Shown here: positions 26,708-37,141 of the stretch, one piece after another | Numbering within the stretch: the first letter of the stretch is position 1 | Layout of the letters: every line of letters starts with the position of its first letter | Source of the DNA: Desulfatiglandales bacterium | Lineage (GTDB): Bacteria; Desulfobacterota; DSM-4660; Desulfatiglandales; HGW-15 | Assembly (NCBI GenBank): GCA_963667015.2 | Contig: CAXXJJ010000001.1 | Location: 160,001-224,000 of the forward strand | Length of the DNA stretch: 64,000 bases | Reading direction: 5' to 3' | The notes under the pieces: model-generated | What the model saw: the letters and a program-made list of their open reading frames with translations, nothing else | The model's database searches: none | What the model was told of the DNA's origin: nothing | Made by a program: the position numbers and the translations under genes

Positions 26708-27858
26708 CCTTTGTGCCACCTCCCGAACAGGTCCAGCAGCAGATCAACATGCTTTTCGTTATGTGCGGCTGTGAGTGCTATCCTTATCCTTGACTGTCCC
26801 CTGGGTACTGTGGGCGGACGGAATGTAGTTGCCAGCACATTGTTTTCTTCCAGCCAGCCCGATAACCTTAATGCCTCTTTTTCTTCACCTATTATTACAG
26901 GAATGATGTGCATTGTTGATTTTCCCGTATCATAGCCCATTTTACTCAATCCGCTTCGAAGTCTGTCAGAGTTGGCCATGAGCTCTTTTCGTTCTTTGTC
27001 CATTCCGGGTATCAGTTCAAGCGCAGCATCAATGGCACCTATTACTGCAGGCGGAAGGGCAGTCGTATAGATAAACCCGTTGCAGAAATTGATGAGGTAG
27101 TCTCTTATCATATTGTTTGATGAGATATATGCGCCAAAGGAACCAACCCCCTTTGAAAATGTCCCCATAACCATGTCCACATTTTTATTGCTGCTTATGC
27201 CCATGCCGTTTTTGCCGACGACACCAGTGGCATGGGCCTCGTCAACAAACAGCAGTGCATTATATTTTTCTGACAGGGATATCAGGGTATCAATATCGCA
27301 TACATCGCCGTCCATGCTGAAGATGGATTCCGTAACAATAAAATTTCTGGGATGATTTCCTGCGCTGGCTTTAAGAAGGTCCTCCAGGTGATCAAGATCA
27401 TTATGGCGAAAGGTATTCACGTAGCATCGCGAAAGTTTGCAGCCCTGAATAATGCTGTTATGATTCAGGAAGTCAGAAAAGATAAGGGTGTCCGAGTCAG
27501 CCAGTGCAGGCAGCAGCGATACATTTGCCTGAAATCCCGAGTTGAATACAATGGCTCCCTCGTGCCCGGTCAGGCGGGCAAGTTTATCTTCCAGTTTTTC
27601 AAAACAGTCGTAATTTCCGCATACGAGTCTTGATGCCGTTGAGCCGGCACCATATTTTTCGGTGTATTCGATTGCTCTTTGCTTAAGAAGGGGATGTGCT
27701 GCAAGCCCGAGATAATCATTGGAACAGAAGTTAATCATCTTCCGCCCGTTTACGTCAATCTCTGTATCCGCAAGAGGAACAACGGTCTTAAGGCTGCGGA
27801 AAAGATGATTGTTTTTGCGTTCTTCCAGTGCTGAGGTTATGAAATCATATTTATCCAT
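26704..27858 (-). CDS. bioF: 8-amino-7-oxononanoate synthase
   Basis: NFCSNDYLGL, ESIFSMDGD, DEAHATG, GTFSKG, RPPTVP. Confidence 0.95.
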   Translation of the reverse strand: MDKYDFITSALEERKNNHLFRSLKTVVPLADTEIDVNGRKMINFCSNDYLGLAAHPLLKQRAIEYTEKYGAGSTASRLVCGNYDCFEKLEDKLARLTGHEGAIVFNSGFQANVSLLPALADSDTLIFSDFLNHNSIIQGCKLSRCYVNTFRHNDLDHLEDLLKASAGNHPRNFIVTESIFSMDGDVCDIDTLISLSEKYNALLFVDEAHATGVVGKNGMGISSNKNVDMVMGTFSKGVGSFGAYISSNNMIRDYLINFCNGFIYTTALPPAVIGAIDAALELIPGMDKERKELMANSDRLRSGLSKMGYDTGKSTMHIIPVIIGEEKEALRLSGWLEENNVLATTFRPPTVPRGQSRIRIALTAAHNEKHVDLLLDLFGRWHKG

Positions 27859-27860
27859 TT

Positions 27861-29156
27861 TTACTGTCTCTGCCCGCTCACAATTTTTCTCATTGCACCG
27901 GTGATTTTATCAAGATCCTCATCAGAGATGATATATGGCGGCATGGTATATATAAGCCTTCCAAAGGGTCTGAGCCATACTCCCTCTTCTACCAGCAGGC
28001 GCTGTATGGATTCCATGTCAACCGGCTCTTTCATCTCAATAACCCCTATGGCCCCAAGAGCCCTAACATCTGCTACCGCAGGTGAGTCAGTGCACCCGGC
28101 CAGACCTTCTCTAAGCCGTTTCTCTATCTCAGCTACCCTTCTTTTCCAGGGCATGGAGAGCAGGAGCTTTACGCTGGCAAGGGCAACGGAGCATGCAAGG
28201 GGATTTGCCATAAATGTAGGCCCGTGCATAAAGGCGCCTTCTTTACCCGATGATATGGTATCGCTGACATGGCTGGCTGCAATTGTGGCGGCCATACTCA
28301 TGTAACCACCTGTAAGGGCCTTTCCCACGCACATGATATCAGGGGATATCTTTGCCTTTTCACAGGCAAAGAGGCTGCCTGACCTTCCAAAACCTGTTGC
28401 TATCTCATCGGCAATAAGAAGCACATTGTATTCACGTGAAAGTTCATGCGCCCTCTTAAGATATTCCGGGGAGTAGAACCTCATTCCGCCGGCGCCCTGT
28501 ACGACAGGTTCAAGGATAATGGCGGCTATTTCATTATTATGGTCATGAAGGATTTTTTCCATGCCCTTTATATCTTCTTCGTCCCATTCATCATTATAGC
28601 CTGTGCGCGGGGCATCCACAAAAAACTGCTCGGTAAGGACACCCTTAAAGAGATGGTGCATCCCGGTAACAGGATCGCAGACCGACATGGCTGCGAATGT
28701 ATCACCATGATACCCGGACCTGATGGTAAGCAGTTTCTTTTTTTCCGGTTGCCCTGCTGCATACCAGTACTGGATGGCCATCTTTATGGCGACCTCAACG
28801 GACACAGAACCTGAATCACAGAAAAAGACCTTTTCAAGATTTTCAGGGGTAATTTCTACGAGGAGAGATGCCAGTTCAACCGCCGGCGCATGTGTAAGCC
28901 CGCCGAACATGACGTGCGCAACTTTATTGACCTGGTTTTCAATTGCCCTGTTCAGAACAGGATGATTATAGCCATGGATTGCTGCCCACCAGGAAGACAT
29001 GCCGTCCACCAGCTCCCGGCCGTCCAGAAGTTTCAGCCTGACCCCGCTCGCAGATGCAACAGGATAAACAGGCAGCGGATCTTTCATGGAGGAGTAGGGG
29101 TGCCAGATATGTTCTCTATCAAACTCAAGAATATTTTCTTCGGATTTGCTGCTCAT
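27861..29156 (-). CDS. bioA: Adenosylmethionine-8-amino-7-oxononanoate transaminase
   Basis: [52 protein letters not shown]. Confidence 0.95.
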   Translation of the reverse strand: MSSKSEENILEFDREHIWHPYSSMKDPLPVYPVASASGVRLKLLDGRELVDGMSSWWAAIHGYNHPVLNRAIENQVNKVAHVMFGGLTHAPAVELASLLVEITPENLEKVFFCDSGSVSVEVAIKMAIQYWYAAGQPEKKKLLTIRSGYHGDTFAAMSVCDPVTGMHHLFKGVLTEQFFVDAPRTGYNDEWDEEDIKGMEKILHDHNNEIAAIILEPVVQGAGGMRFYSPEYLKRAHELSREYNVLLIADEIATGFGRSGSLFACEKAKISPDIMCVGKALTGGYMSMAATIAASHVSDTISSGKEGAFMHGPTFMANPLACSVALASVKLLLSMPWKRRVAEIEKRLREGLAGCTDSPAVADVRALGAIGVIEMKEPVDMESIQRLLVEEGVWLRPFGRLIYTMPPYIISDEDLDKITGAMRKIVSGQRQ

Positions 29157-29235
29157 TAAATAAAAACCGCCTTGCTTCTTCACTTAGTTTTACAAGGTTA
29201 CAATACTTAAGCCCTGATTCATGTGAAGTCAACAA

Positions 29236-29982
29236 TTATATACCCAGGTCTCCCCACTCATACTGTATTATTGTTGAAAGGGCTATGGCCGCAGTTTCAG
29301 CCCTTAGAATTCTTGTTCCAAGGGAAACGGGTATAATGCCAGCTTCCCTAAGCTGATCGATTTCATTTTCTGTAAATCCCCCTTCAGGTCCGATGATGCC
29401 GGTAATGTCTCCGGAGGGGGGCACAGACCGGAGCTGTTCTTTAAGATCTGTGTTATTTTCACTTTCCCAGAGCACAACTTTAAATCCATCGGATTCATGA
29501 ATCAACTTTAACAAATCATTGAACATCAACGGATCGGATATCTCAACAGGAGAGGGGCGGCCAGACTGTTTTACCGCACTTCGGGCTATCTCTTTCCAGT
29601 GTCTTGTTTTATTTGAAGCATTATTTTCATCAAATTTGATTACTGTTCTCCCTGAATAAAAGGGTGTTATACGGGATACACCAAGTTCCGATGTCTTTTC
29701 TACCATATAGTCCATCATGCGGGGTTTAAGTACAGCCTGGCAGATATTTATTGCAACCGGGGATGAGGACAATTCCGGCAATTCCATGGTTATTCTTGCA
29801 GAGGCCTCATGCCGGGAAATATGCTCTATCACCGATTCGAAACGACGACCTTTCCCATCCATTAAGATAACACGGTCCCCCTGTTTCATTCGCAGGACTT
29901 TTATCATGTGCCTCACTTCCTTTTCAGGAAGAGAACATACTCCGTCTTCAGGATTTATTTCATCGATAAAAAAGCGTCTCAT
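29236..29982 (-). CDS. rsmE: 16S rRNA m3U1498 methyltransferase
   Basis: HMIKVLR, EKTSELGV, IGPEGGF, LGTRILRAETA. Confidence 0.93.
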   Translation of the reverse strand: MRRFFIDEINPEDGVCSLPEKEVRHMIKVLRMKQGDRVILMDGKGRRFESVIEHISRHEASARITMELPELSSSPVAINICQAVLKPRMMDYMVEKTSELGVSRITPFYSGRTVIKFDENNASNKTRHWKEIARSAVKQSGRPSPVEISDPLMFNDLLKLIHESDGFKVVLWESENNTDLKEQLRSVPPSGDITGIIGPEGGFTENEIDQLREAGIIPVSLGTRILRAETAAIALSTIIQYEWGDLGI

Positions 29983-30078
29983 ATATACCTTATGTAAAAA
30001 CCTTATCCCCCTGATATCAAAATCAAAATATTAAGTTAACATTTGAAGCAGGTCAAGTGTACTCCATATTTTCCACCT

Positions 30079-30203
30079 TGTAAAAAGCCTTTACATCAAT
30101 AAGAGAAATTTAAATTAAAATATTTGCTGTCTCATATTTAAATCTAATAATAACAATGTGTTATAGTTGTTAAATATTTCACAAGGTTGGCATGAGCTTT
30201 GCC
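30079..30203 (+). promoter_or_regulatory. Enhancer-like palindrome plus sigma-54 promoter of the first acyl-CoA dehydrogenase
   Basis: TGTAAAAAGCCTTTACA (30079-30095) and TGGCATGAGCTTTGC (30188-30202). Confidence 0.7.
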
Positions 30204-30284
30204 TTGTATCTATATAAAATATAAGGGCTGGAAGAGATAACCATTTTCAAAATAAAATAATAAAATAATCAGGGGGCAATTCTT

Positions 30285-31436
30285 ATGGAATTCAAACTTA
30301 ATGAAGAACATCAGATGATAAAGGATATGTGCAGGAAGTTTGCCGACAAGGAATTAAAGCCAATAGCAACTGAATATAACAGGCAGAAAAAATTTCCAAT
30401 GGAGCAGGTAAAAAAGCTGGGTGAAATGGGAATAATGGGGATCGTGTATCCCGAGGAGTATAACGGGGCCGGCATGGATTATATTTCCTATGCAATAGCT
30501 GTTGAAGAGATCTCGCGGGGCGGGGCCTCCACCGGTGTTACTGTATCAGCACATAATTCACTCTGTCTTTCACCGATCTATTATTTTGGAACTGAAGAAC
30601 AAAAGAAGAGATTCATGCCAAAATTGTGCACGGGCGAACATATAGGCTGCTTCGGTATTACAGAACCGGGAGCGGGTTCTGATGCGTCCGGAACGATTAC
30701 AAGGGCGGAGCGAAAAAACGGAAAATATGTACTTAACGGTTCCAAGACCTTTATTACAAACGGCGGGGTTGCTGATATAGCCGTCATTATGGCCAAGACA
30801 GAAAAGGATGCAGGTCACAAGGGTTTATCCATGTTTATAGTTGAAAAAGGAACACCCGGATTTTCCGTAGGAAAAACTGAAGGGAAAATGGGACTGATGT
30901 CTTCCTCTACCACGGAGTTAATTTTTGAAGACTGTGAAATTCCTGAAGAAAACCTGCTTGGTGGAGAAGGAAAGGGATTTAAGATAGCAATGCATACATT
31001 GGATGGCGGTCGTGTCGGTATTGCCGCCCAGGCAGTTGGCATTTCTCAGGCGGCAATGGAAGAGGCTATTGCCTATTCAAAGGAAAGAAGACAATTCAAT
31101 CAGTCAATATCCTCCTTTCAGGCCATACAATGGATGATCGCTGACATGGCTACGGATATAGAAGCCGCGAGATTACTGACATTTCAGGCAGCGGATATGA
31201 TGAATGGCGACGACAGGCAGAAATACTCCAAACAGTGCGCAATGGCAAAACTGTTTGCTTCGGAGGCTTCTCATCGTGTTACACACAAGGCACTGCAGAT
31301 ATTTGGAGGCTACGGCTATACAACTGAATACCCGATGGAAAGACATTGCCGCGATGCCAGGATTACTGAAATTTATGAGGGTACATCAGAGATAATGAGG
31401 CTTGTTATAGCGACCAATATGCTGAAATCTTCTTAA
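30285..31436 (+). CDS. Acyl-CoA dehydrogenase (butyryl-CoA dehydrogenase-like), copy 1
   Basis: FGITEPGAGSDA, KTFITNG, LDGGRVGIAAQ, QIFGGYGY, IYEGTSEI. Confidence 0.92.
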   Translation: MEFKLNEEHQMIKDMCRKFADKELKPIATEYNRQKKFPMEQVKKLGEMGIMGIVYPEEYNGAGMDYISYAIAVEEISRGGASTGVTVSAHNSLCLSPIYYFGTEEQKKRFMPKLCTGEHIGCFGITEPGAGSDASGTITRAERKNGKYVLNGSKTFITNGGVADIAVIMAKTEKDAGHKGLSMFIVEKGTPGFSVGKTEGKMGLMSSSTTELIFEDCEIPEENLLGGEGKGFKIAMHTLDGGRVGIAAQAVGISQAAMEEAIAYSKERRQFNQSISSFQAIQWMIADMATDIEAARLLTFQAADMMNGDDRQKYSKQCAMAKLFASEASHRVTHKALQIFGGYGYTTEYPMERHCRDARITEIYEGTSEIMRLVIATNMLKSS

Positions 31437-31892
31437 TTGTAAAAGCGGCCGTTTTTTAAAATGGCTTTTTATATAACTTGAGAAAGAGGAGGTTAATCAG
31501 AGGAAAATCATTTTTATATGCAAACCAACAATTCCATATGAAAACGATATATGTGTTGAAATAGGCTTTAATATCGATGGATTAGATAGACATTAAGTGC
31601 TGCTGACTGGTTATTTTATAAAAAGTGTAACTATTTCCAGATGATAAAATAAAGAAAAACCAATAAAAATGGTTGCCAGTTTGATATCTCTAATATATGG
31701 TGTTTTATCATACAGGGATGATATTAAGGTCATCCCTGTGTAATTATCTCAATTTACAGAAGGGGAACAGAGTTATAGATTTATAACGTTATTGAGTCAT
31801 AGATAGTCAGTCAGCCTACCATATATTCTTCTAAATAATGGTAACCTGGAATAACAGGTTAGCATGAATAGCAGTTTCCAGATTTTCCACGT

Positions 31893-31909
31893 TGTAAAAA
31901 GCCTTTACA
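31893..31909 (+). promoter_or_regulatory. Second copy of the TGTAAAAAGCCTTTACA enhancer-like palindrome
   Basis: Identical 17-mer, with shared TTTTCCAC flank, upstream of the second dehydrogenase. Confidence 0.7.
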
Positions 31910-32087
31910 CATAAAAGAAAAGTTCGGATCAGATAATATTTTGGTATGCAATTATATCTGTAATATCAGTGTATTACAGGGTAAGGTAGTTCGTAGGCAC
32001 TCATTCAAATGCATGTCATGAGATATGCAAAAGCCTGAACAGGCTTATTAATCTTAAAAAAATATATTTTATCAATATGGAGATAGT

Positions 32088-33242
32088 ATGGATTTTCAGT
32101 TAAGTGAAGAACAGCAAATGATTAGAGATATGTGCAGGAAGTTTGCAGAAAAAGAAATAAAACCAAATGTTGCAGAATATAACAAACAGCATAAGTTTCC
32201 GATGAAAGTCATTAAAATGCTTGGCGAAATGGGAATAATGGGGATTGTTTATCCTGAAGAATATAATGGTGCGGGTATGGATTACGTTTCATATGCCATA
32301 GCCGTTGAAGAGATTTCACGTGGCGGCGCCTCTACAGGTGTTACGGTATCCGCTCATAACTCACTCTGCCTTTCACCGATCTATTATTTTGGAACCGAAG
32401 AGCAGAAAAAGAAATTTTTGCCCAAATTATGCACGGGCGAACATATCGGATGTTTCGGAATTACAGAACCCGGAGCAGGTTCCGATGCATCAGGAACAGC
32501 AACAAGGGCAGAACTTAAGGGCGGAAAATATATCCTTAACGGCCAGAAGACATTTATAACAAACGGCGGTGTAGCCGACATCGCGGTAGTAATGGCAAAG
32601 ACGGACAAGGATGCAGGCCATAAGGGCCTTTCCATGTTTATCGTAGAAAAAGGAACCCCGGGGTTTTCTGTAGGCAAGGCCGAAGGAAAGATGGGGCTGC
32701 TCTCTTCTTCAACCACGGAACTTATCTTTGAAGACTGTGAAGTTCCGGCAGAAAACCTGCTCGGAGGAGAAGGCAAAGGCTTCAAGATTGCCATGCATAC
32801 GCTGGATGGCGGTCGCGTAGGGATCGCTGCACAGGCACTTGGTATTTCACAGGCAGCCATGGAAGAGGCAGTTGCATATTCTAAAGAAAGAAAACAATTT
32901 AATGCATCAATTTCAAACTTCCAGGCCATACAGTGGATGATTGCGGATATGGCAACAGATATAGAGGCCGCAAGGTTGCTGACATATCAGGCAGCAGAAA
33001 TGATGAACGATGGTCAGAACAGGCAGAAGTACTCAAAACAGTGTGCAATGGCAAAGCTGTTTGCATCCGAGGCATCACATCGTGTTACTCACAAGGCCCT
33101 GCAGATACTGGGAGGCTATGGCTATACCACAGAATATCCTATGGAGAGACATTGCCGCGATGCCAGAATTACGGAAATTTATGAAGGTACCTCTGAAATC
33201 ATGAGACTCGTTATTGCAACCAATGTAATCAAATCCCTTTAA
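32088..33242 (+). CDS. Acyl-CoA dehydrogenase (butyryl-CoA dehydrogenase-like), copy 2
   Basis: Same motifs as copy 1; very similar protein with many synonymous differences. Confidence 0.92.
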   Translation: MDFQLSEEQQMIRDMCRKFAEKEIKPNVAEYNKQHKFPMKVIKMLGEMGIMGIVYPEEYNGAGMDYVSYAIAVEEISRGGASTGVTVSAHNSLCLSPIYYFGTEEQKKKFLPKLCTGEHIGCFGITEPGAGSDASGTATRAELKGGKYILNGQKTFITNGGVADIAVVMAKTDKDAGHKGLSMFIVEKGTPGFSVGKAEGKMGLLSSSTTELIFEDCEVPAENLLGGEGKGFKIAMHTLDGGRVGIAAQALGISQAAMEEAVAYSKERKQFNASISNFQAIQWMIADMATDIEAARLLTYQAAEMMNDGQNRQKYSKQCAMAKLFASEASHRVTHKALQILGGYGYTTEYPMERHCRDARITEIYEGTSEIMRLVIATNVIKSL

Positions 33243-33258
33243 TGAGGAGGTGCGCATC

Positions 33259-33921
33259 ATGAAGAATAAGGTTGTTAGTCTGGATGACGTAATCGATAAA
33301 ATAAATGACGGCGCCTCAATAATGGTCGGGGGCTTTCTTTCAGTAGGAGCCCCTCTGGCAATTGTCGAGGCTATTCTTGAAAAAGGTGTAAAAGATTTAA
33401 CAATTATTGCCAATGATACCAGCATAACCGGTCTCGGCATTTCCAAACTTATTGCCGCAAAACTTGTTAAAAAGGTCATAGCTTCACACATAGGGACAAA
33501 TCCTGAAACCGGAAAGCAGATGATGGAAGGCACCCTTGAGGTGGAGCTTGTTCCCCAGGGCAGCCTTGCCGAGAAGATAAGGGCCGCAGGCGCAGGTCTT
33601 GGCGGGGTACTTACCCCTACAGGGGTGGGCACTGAAGCCGCTGAAGGCAAGCAGACAATGGTAATCGAAGGCAAAGAATACCTTGTTGAATTACCAATAA
33701 AGGCCGATTTTGCAATCCTTGGAGGAAGCATTGTTGATACCTTCGGAAATACCTTCTACAATAAGACAACACAGAATTTTAATCCGGTCATGGCTACCGC
33801 TGCAGATACAGTGATTGTTCAGGCAAAAAAACTTGTTGAAGAAGGCGAGCTGGATCCCAATCAGGTAATGACACCCGGTATATTCGTGGACTATATAATA
33901 AGGAGCAATCCAGATGAGTAA
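33259..33921 (+). CDS. atoD: Acetate/butyrate-acetoacetate CoA-transferase alpha subunit
   Basis: IMVGGF, IASHIGTN, PQGSLAEKIRAAGAG, TPTGVGT, NFNPVMA. Confidence 0.85.
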   Translation: MKNKVVSLDDVIDKINDGASIMVGGFLSVGAPLAIVEAILEKGVKDLTIIANDTSITGLGISKLIAAKLVKKVIASHIGTNPETGKQMMEGTLEVELVPQGSLAEKIRAAGAGLGGVLTPTGVGTEAAEGKQTMVIEGKEYLVELPIKADFAILGGSIVDTFGNTFYNKTTQNFNPVMATAADTVIVQAKKLVEEGELDPNQVMTPGIFVDYIIRSNPDE

Positions 33922-34576
33922 TGTAAAGGAAATTATTGCAAAAAGAATTGCCCAGGAATTAAGTGACGGAGATGTAGTTAATCTTGGTATTGGTTTACCA
34001 ACTCTTGTAGCAAATTATCTTCCTGAGGGAGTGGATATAATTCTTCAGTCTGAAAACGGCATGCTCGGAGTAGATGCAGCACCGGAAAAGGGAAAAGAAG
34101 ATTATGATCTTATAAACGCAGGCGGAGCACACGTTACGGCTACAAAGAGGGCATCCTATTTTGACAGTGCCACATCATTTGCAATTATCCGCGGCGGGCA
34201 TGTTGATGCTGCAGTTCTCGGAGCACTTGAGGTTGATGAAAAAGGCAACCTGGCAAGTCATAAGGTGCCCGGAAAAATGATACCCGGAATGGGCGGTGCC
34301 ATGGACCTGGCTACAGGTGCAAAGAAGATAATCATAGCAACAGTGCATACAAATAAGGGCGTGCCAAAAATACTGAAAAAATTGACACTTCCTGTAACCG
34401 CTGTTGGTGTTGTCAAAATGATAGTTACTGAATTGGCGGTTATAGAAGTTACTCCCGAAGGGCTTGTATTGAAAGAAATCTCTGAAGATACAACCGTTGA
34501 GGAAGTTCTGAACTCTACCGAGGCAGAGCTTATAATAAGCCCTGAATTGAAAACTTCATTTAAAAAAGCAGCGTAG
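33914..34576 (+). CDS. atoA: Acetate/butyrate-acetoacetate CoA-transferase beta subunit
   Basis: VNLGIGLP, catalytic QSENG, IRGGH, GMGGAMDL. Confidence 0.85.
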   Translation: MSNVKEIIAKRIAQELSDGDVVNLGIGLPTLVANYLPEGVDIILQSENGMLGVDAAPEKGKEDYDLINAGGAHVTATKRASYFDSATSFAIIRGGHVDAAVLGALEVDEKGNLASHKVPGKMIPGMGGAMDLATGAKKIIIATVHTNKGVPKILKKLTLPVTAVGVVKMIVTELAVIEVTPEGLVLKEISEDTTVEEVLNSTEAELIISPELKTSFKKAA

Positions 34577-34609
34577 AATCTGATTAATAATTGTAATATA
34601 CATATGTTA

Positions 34610-34656
34610 AATGCCTGTGTGTTGCCGCAGAACTCTGGGCAGCATGCAGGTATTTT
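34610..34656 (+). terminator. Hairpin after the CoA-transferase genes
   Basis: AATGCCTGTGTGTTGCC...GGCAGCATGCAGGTATT followed by T residues. Confidence 0.45.
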
Positions 34657-34675
34657 ATAATCGGAGTTTAATAAA

Positions 34676-35146
34676 ATGTCGGAATTATATTTTCAGGATT
34701 TTTATCCGGATAATTACTCGCATTGTTACGGATGCGGAAAACTGAATGAAAAAGGGATGCAGATTAAAAGCCGTTGGGACGGGGATGAGGGCGTATGCTA
34801 TTACACCCCTGACGATAGTAAAACCGGAGGTTTCCCTGATTTCTTATACGGGGGAATTATCGCCTCCCTGGTTGACTGCCACTGTGCAGGTACTGCTGCA
34901 GCCGCAAAACTGAAACAGGACGGTTTTGAGGTAGGGCAGGTGCTCATGCCCAGGTTTGTTACTGCATCACTTAAAGTGGACTATCTTAAACCGACCCCGG
35001 TTGGTGAAGAACTTGAAATACGGGCCTCTGTCAGGGAGATAAAGGGCAGAAAGGTTATTTTAAGCGCTACAGTATCTGCTGCAGGAAACGTTACTGCAAA
35101 AGGAGAAGCTGTAATGGTTTTGATACCCGAAGAAAAAAAGGATTAA
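34676..35146 (+). CDS. PaaI/hot-dog fold thioesterase
   Basis: HCYGCG, YGGIIASLVDCH, FVTASLKVDYLKPTP. Confidence 0.82.
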   Translation: MSELYFQDFYPDNYSHCYGCGKLNEKGMQIKSRWDGDEGVCYYTPDDSKTGGFPDFLYGGIIASLVDCHCAGTAAAAKLKQDGFEVGQVLMPRFVTASLKVDYLKPTPVGEELEIRASVREIKGRKVILSATVSAAGNVTAKGEAVMVLIPEEKKD

Positions 35147-35343
35147 AAAAGTAAAAAAATTTAGGCTGTTACCCTTAACCTTAAATTAGTATTGCTTTAC
35201 TATTCCCAAAAATTCTGCTAGGTTCCCCAAAAATATCCTGGAAAACCTGTTGATCCGGGGTGTCCGGAATCGTATAATCCAGGCCAGTAAAAAAGTAGAA
35301 TTTAGGGAATCATATTAAAAAAAAATTACAGGGAGAGATTGTA

Positions 35344-36213
35344 ATGGAAAAAAGAAATACCAATAACCTGATTATTTCGTGCTGCCTTTCCGGCGCCGGA
35401 ACCTCAAGGGCAATGGCCCCGGCAGTTCCCATACACCCTAATGAAATCGCAGCCGATGTTGTTAAAGTTGTAAAGGCCGGTGCCGCCATCGTGCATATCC
35501 ATGTACGTAATGACGATGAGTCTAAATCAATGTCTCTGGACAAGTTCACAGAGGCGATTGAGCTTACAAGAGAGTCATGTAAAAAAGAAGATCTGGATGT
35601 TATCATCAACCTGACAACATCCGGAGGATCATATATTGACGAAGAACGTATCCAGCATCTTGAAAAACTCCGCCCGGAAATGTGCTCATTTGACGCAGGA
35701 ACCCTTAACTGGGCAAACAGCTTTGTCTTTGAAAACCACCCGCGTCTACTGGAAAAACTGACAAAGGCCTGCCTTGAGTATGATGTAAAACCCGAGGTTG
35801 AGGTGTTTGATTCCGGTTTTATGGGAAACACGGCCTTTTATATCAAAAAACACGGGCTCAAGACCCCCACACATTATCAGTTTATCATGAACGTCCCCGG
35901 CGGTATGCCCGGTACAGTTAAAAACCTGGCCTTCCTGGTAGAGATGCTGCCCGAGGGTTCAACATGGTCTGTATCCGGTATAGGCGGATCTCATATGTCC
36001 ATGATGCTGGCTGCCCTGGCAATGGGAGCAGACGGTGTACGTGTAGGCCTTGAAGACAACATCGTTTATGATGTCAAGAATGGTGAAAAGATCATAGGCA
36101 CAAACGAGCAGTTTGTGAAACGAGCTGTTGATATTGCAAAGCTGGCCGGCCGCGGAATCGCCACAGCAGAAGAGGCACGCAAGCTTCTCGGCATTACAAG
36201 GAAGTGTCTGTAA
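35344..36213 (+). CDS. Beta-keto acid cleavage enzyme (Kce/BKACE, DUF849 family)
   Basis: AGAAIVHIHVR, TTSGG, PEMCSFDAGTLN, KPEVEVFD, VRVGLEDN. Confidence 0.88.
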   Translation: MEKRNTNNLIISCCLSGAGTSRAMAPAVPIHPNEIAADVVKVVKAGAAIVHIHVRNDDESKSMSLDKFTEAIELTRESCKKEDLDVIINLTTSGGSYIDEERIQHLEKLRPEMCSFDAGTLNWANSFVFENHPRLLEKLTKACLEYDVKPEVEVFDSGFMGNTAFYIKKHGLKTPTHYQFIMNVPGGMPGTVKNLAFLVEMLPEGSTWSVSGIGGSHMSMMLAALAMGADGVRVGLEDNIVYDVKNGEKIIGTNEQFVKRAVDIAKLAGRGIATAEEARKLLGITRKCL

Positions 36214-36276
36214 GAGATTCATCTCACATACCATGCGGTGGCGGTATAAAATCCCACCCTGCTGACAACTGGAATC

Positions 36277-36302
36277 GTAGGGGCGAAAAATTTTTCGCCC
36301 CT
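36277..36302. repeat. GTAG-type REP hairpin
   Basis: GTAGGGGCGAAAAATTTTTCGCCCCT perfect palindrome. Confidence 0.7.
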
Positions 36303-36547
36303 TTTTTATCTTAGGATCAACGTTGCTGATCCGGCATTCCTTTCGGTAACTCCACTGAAAACTCAATAAGCCCCATCACCTCACCATTCCGGCTTTGACA
36401 TGATTAAGGTGAATATATCAGCTAAGTTCCAACAGGTAACTGTCTTTTTCAATGAGAAGGGCCTTAAACCTTCTCTGGAATAGAAGTCCGTTCATCCAGA
36501 GCTCACATGATTTGTTTCTATCTTGATTTCTATTAATGTATCGCTTT

Positions 36548-37033
36548 CTATTTCAATATTATTGCCCCCTGGAACCGGAACAGATCCTGAATCGTTTCAA
36601 CATAGGTATCATCGATATCAGGTAAGTTATTGATATAGAAAAAACCTGCATCAGATATTTCTTCTGTTGATTCTAAAAGACTCCCTGAAAAGTCCTCGGT
36701 TAAAAAGGCCATTGTATATTGCTGAAACTTTTCCCCATCGGGGGATTCCATTTGATATACCGGGTCTGAGTAGTAGGCAAAGGGTTTTAATGAACCGACA
36801 CTCAGGCCTGTTATGTCGAAAACCTCACGCCGCGCCGCCTCTGTGATACTTTCATCAGGCTCGACACGTCCCGCAGGAATACTCCATCTCTTTTTGTCCA
36901 TCTGCCTGACCAGCAGGATTCTCCCGGCAGAATCCCTTACAATAATCCTGACGCCAGGTTCGATTGTCATGCCATGCCCATATCTGACCTGAATTTGACC
37001 GATATAGGAATCATTCAGTGAGTTCATATTCAT
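36548..37033 (-). CDS. Nudix hydrolase (degenerate Nudix box)
   Basis: WSIPAGRVEPDESITEAARREVFDITGL. Confidence 0.75.
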   Translation of the reverse strand: MNMNSLNDSYIGQIQVRYGHGMTIEPGVRIIVRDSAGRILLVRQMDKKRWSIPAGRVEPDESITEAARREVFDITGLSVGSLKPFAYYSDPVYQMESPDGEKFQQYTMAFLTEDFSGSLLESTEEISDAGFFYINNLPDIDDTYVETIQDLFRFQGAIILK

Positions 37034-37141
37034 TCCCCCTGTTTAGGTTTTTGAAAGAATTATGAACTCACAATATGAAATTAATATGAATGAAGAATGA
37101 ATTACGCGCGAAAAAACAGTGGTGTTTGGACAGATATGGGC

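Noticed and set aside
29185..29236. Possible BirA operator upstream of bioA
   Set aside because: Half-site-like words (GGTTACAA, GTCAAC) are not in the proper inverted arrangement and spacing.
31480..31870. Possible lysine riboswitch near the kce/atoDA cluster
   Set aside because: Conserved lysine-aptamer motifs were not found in order.
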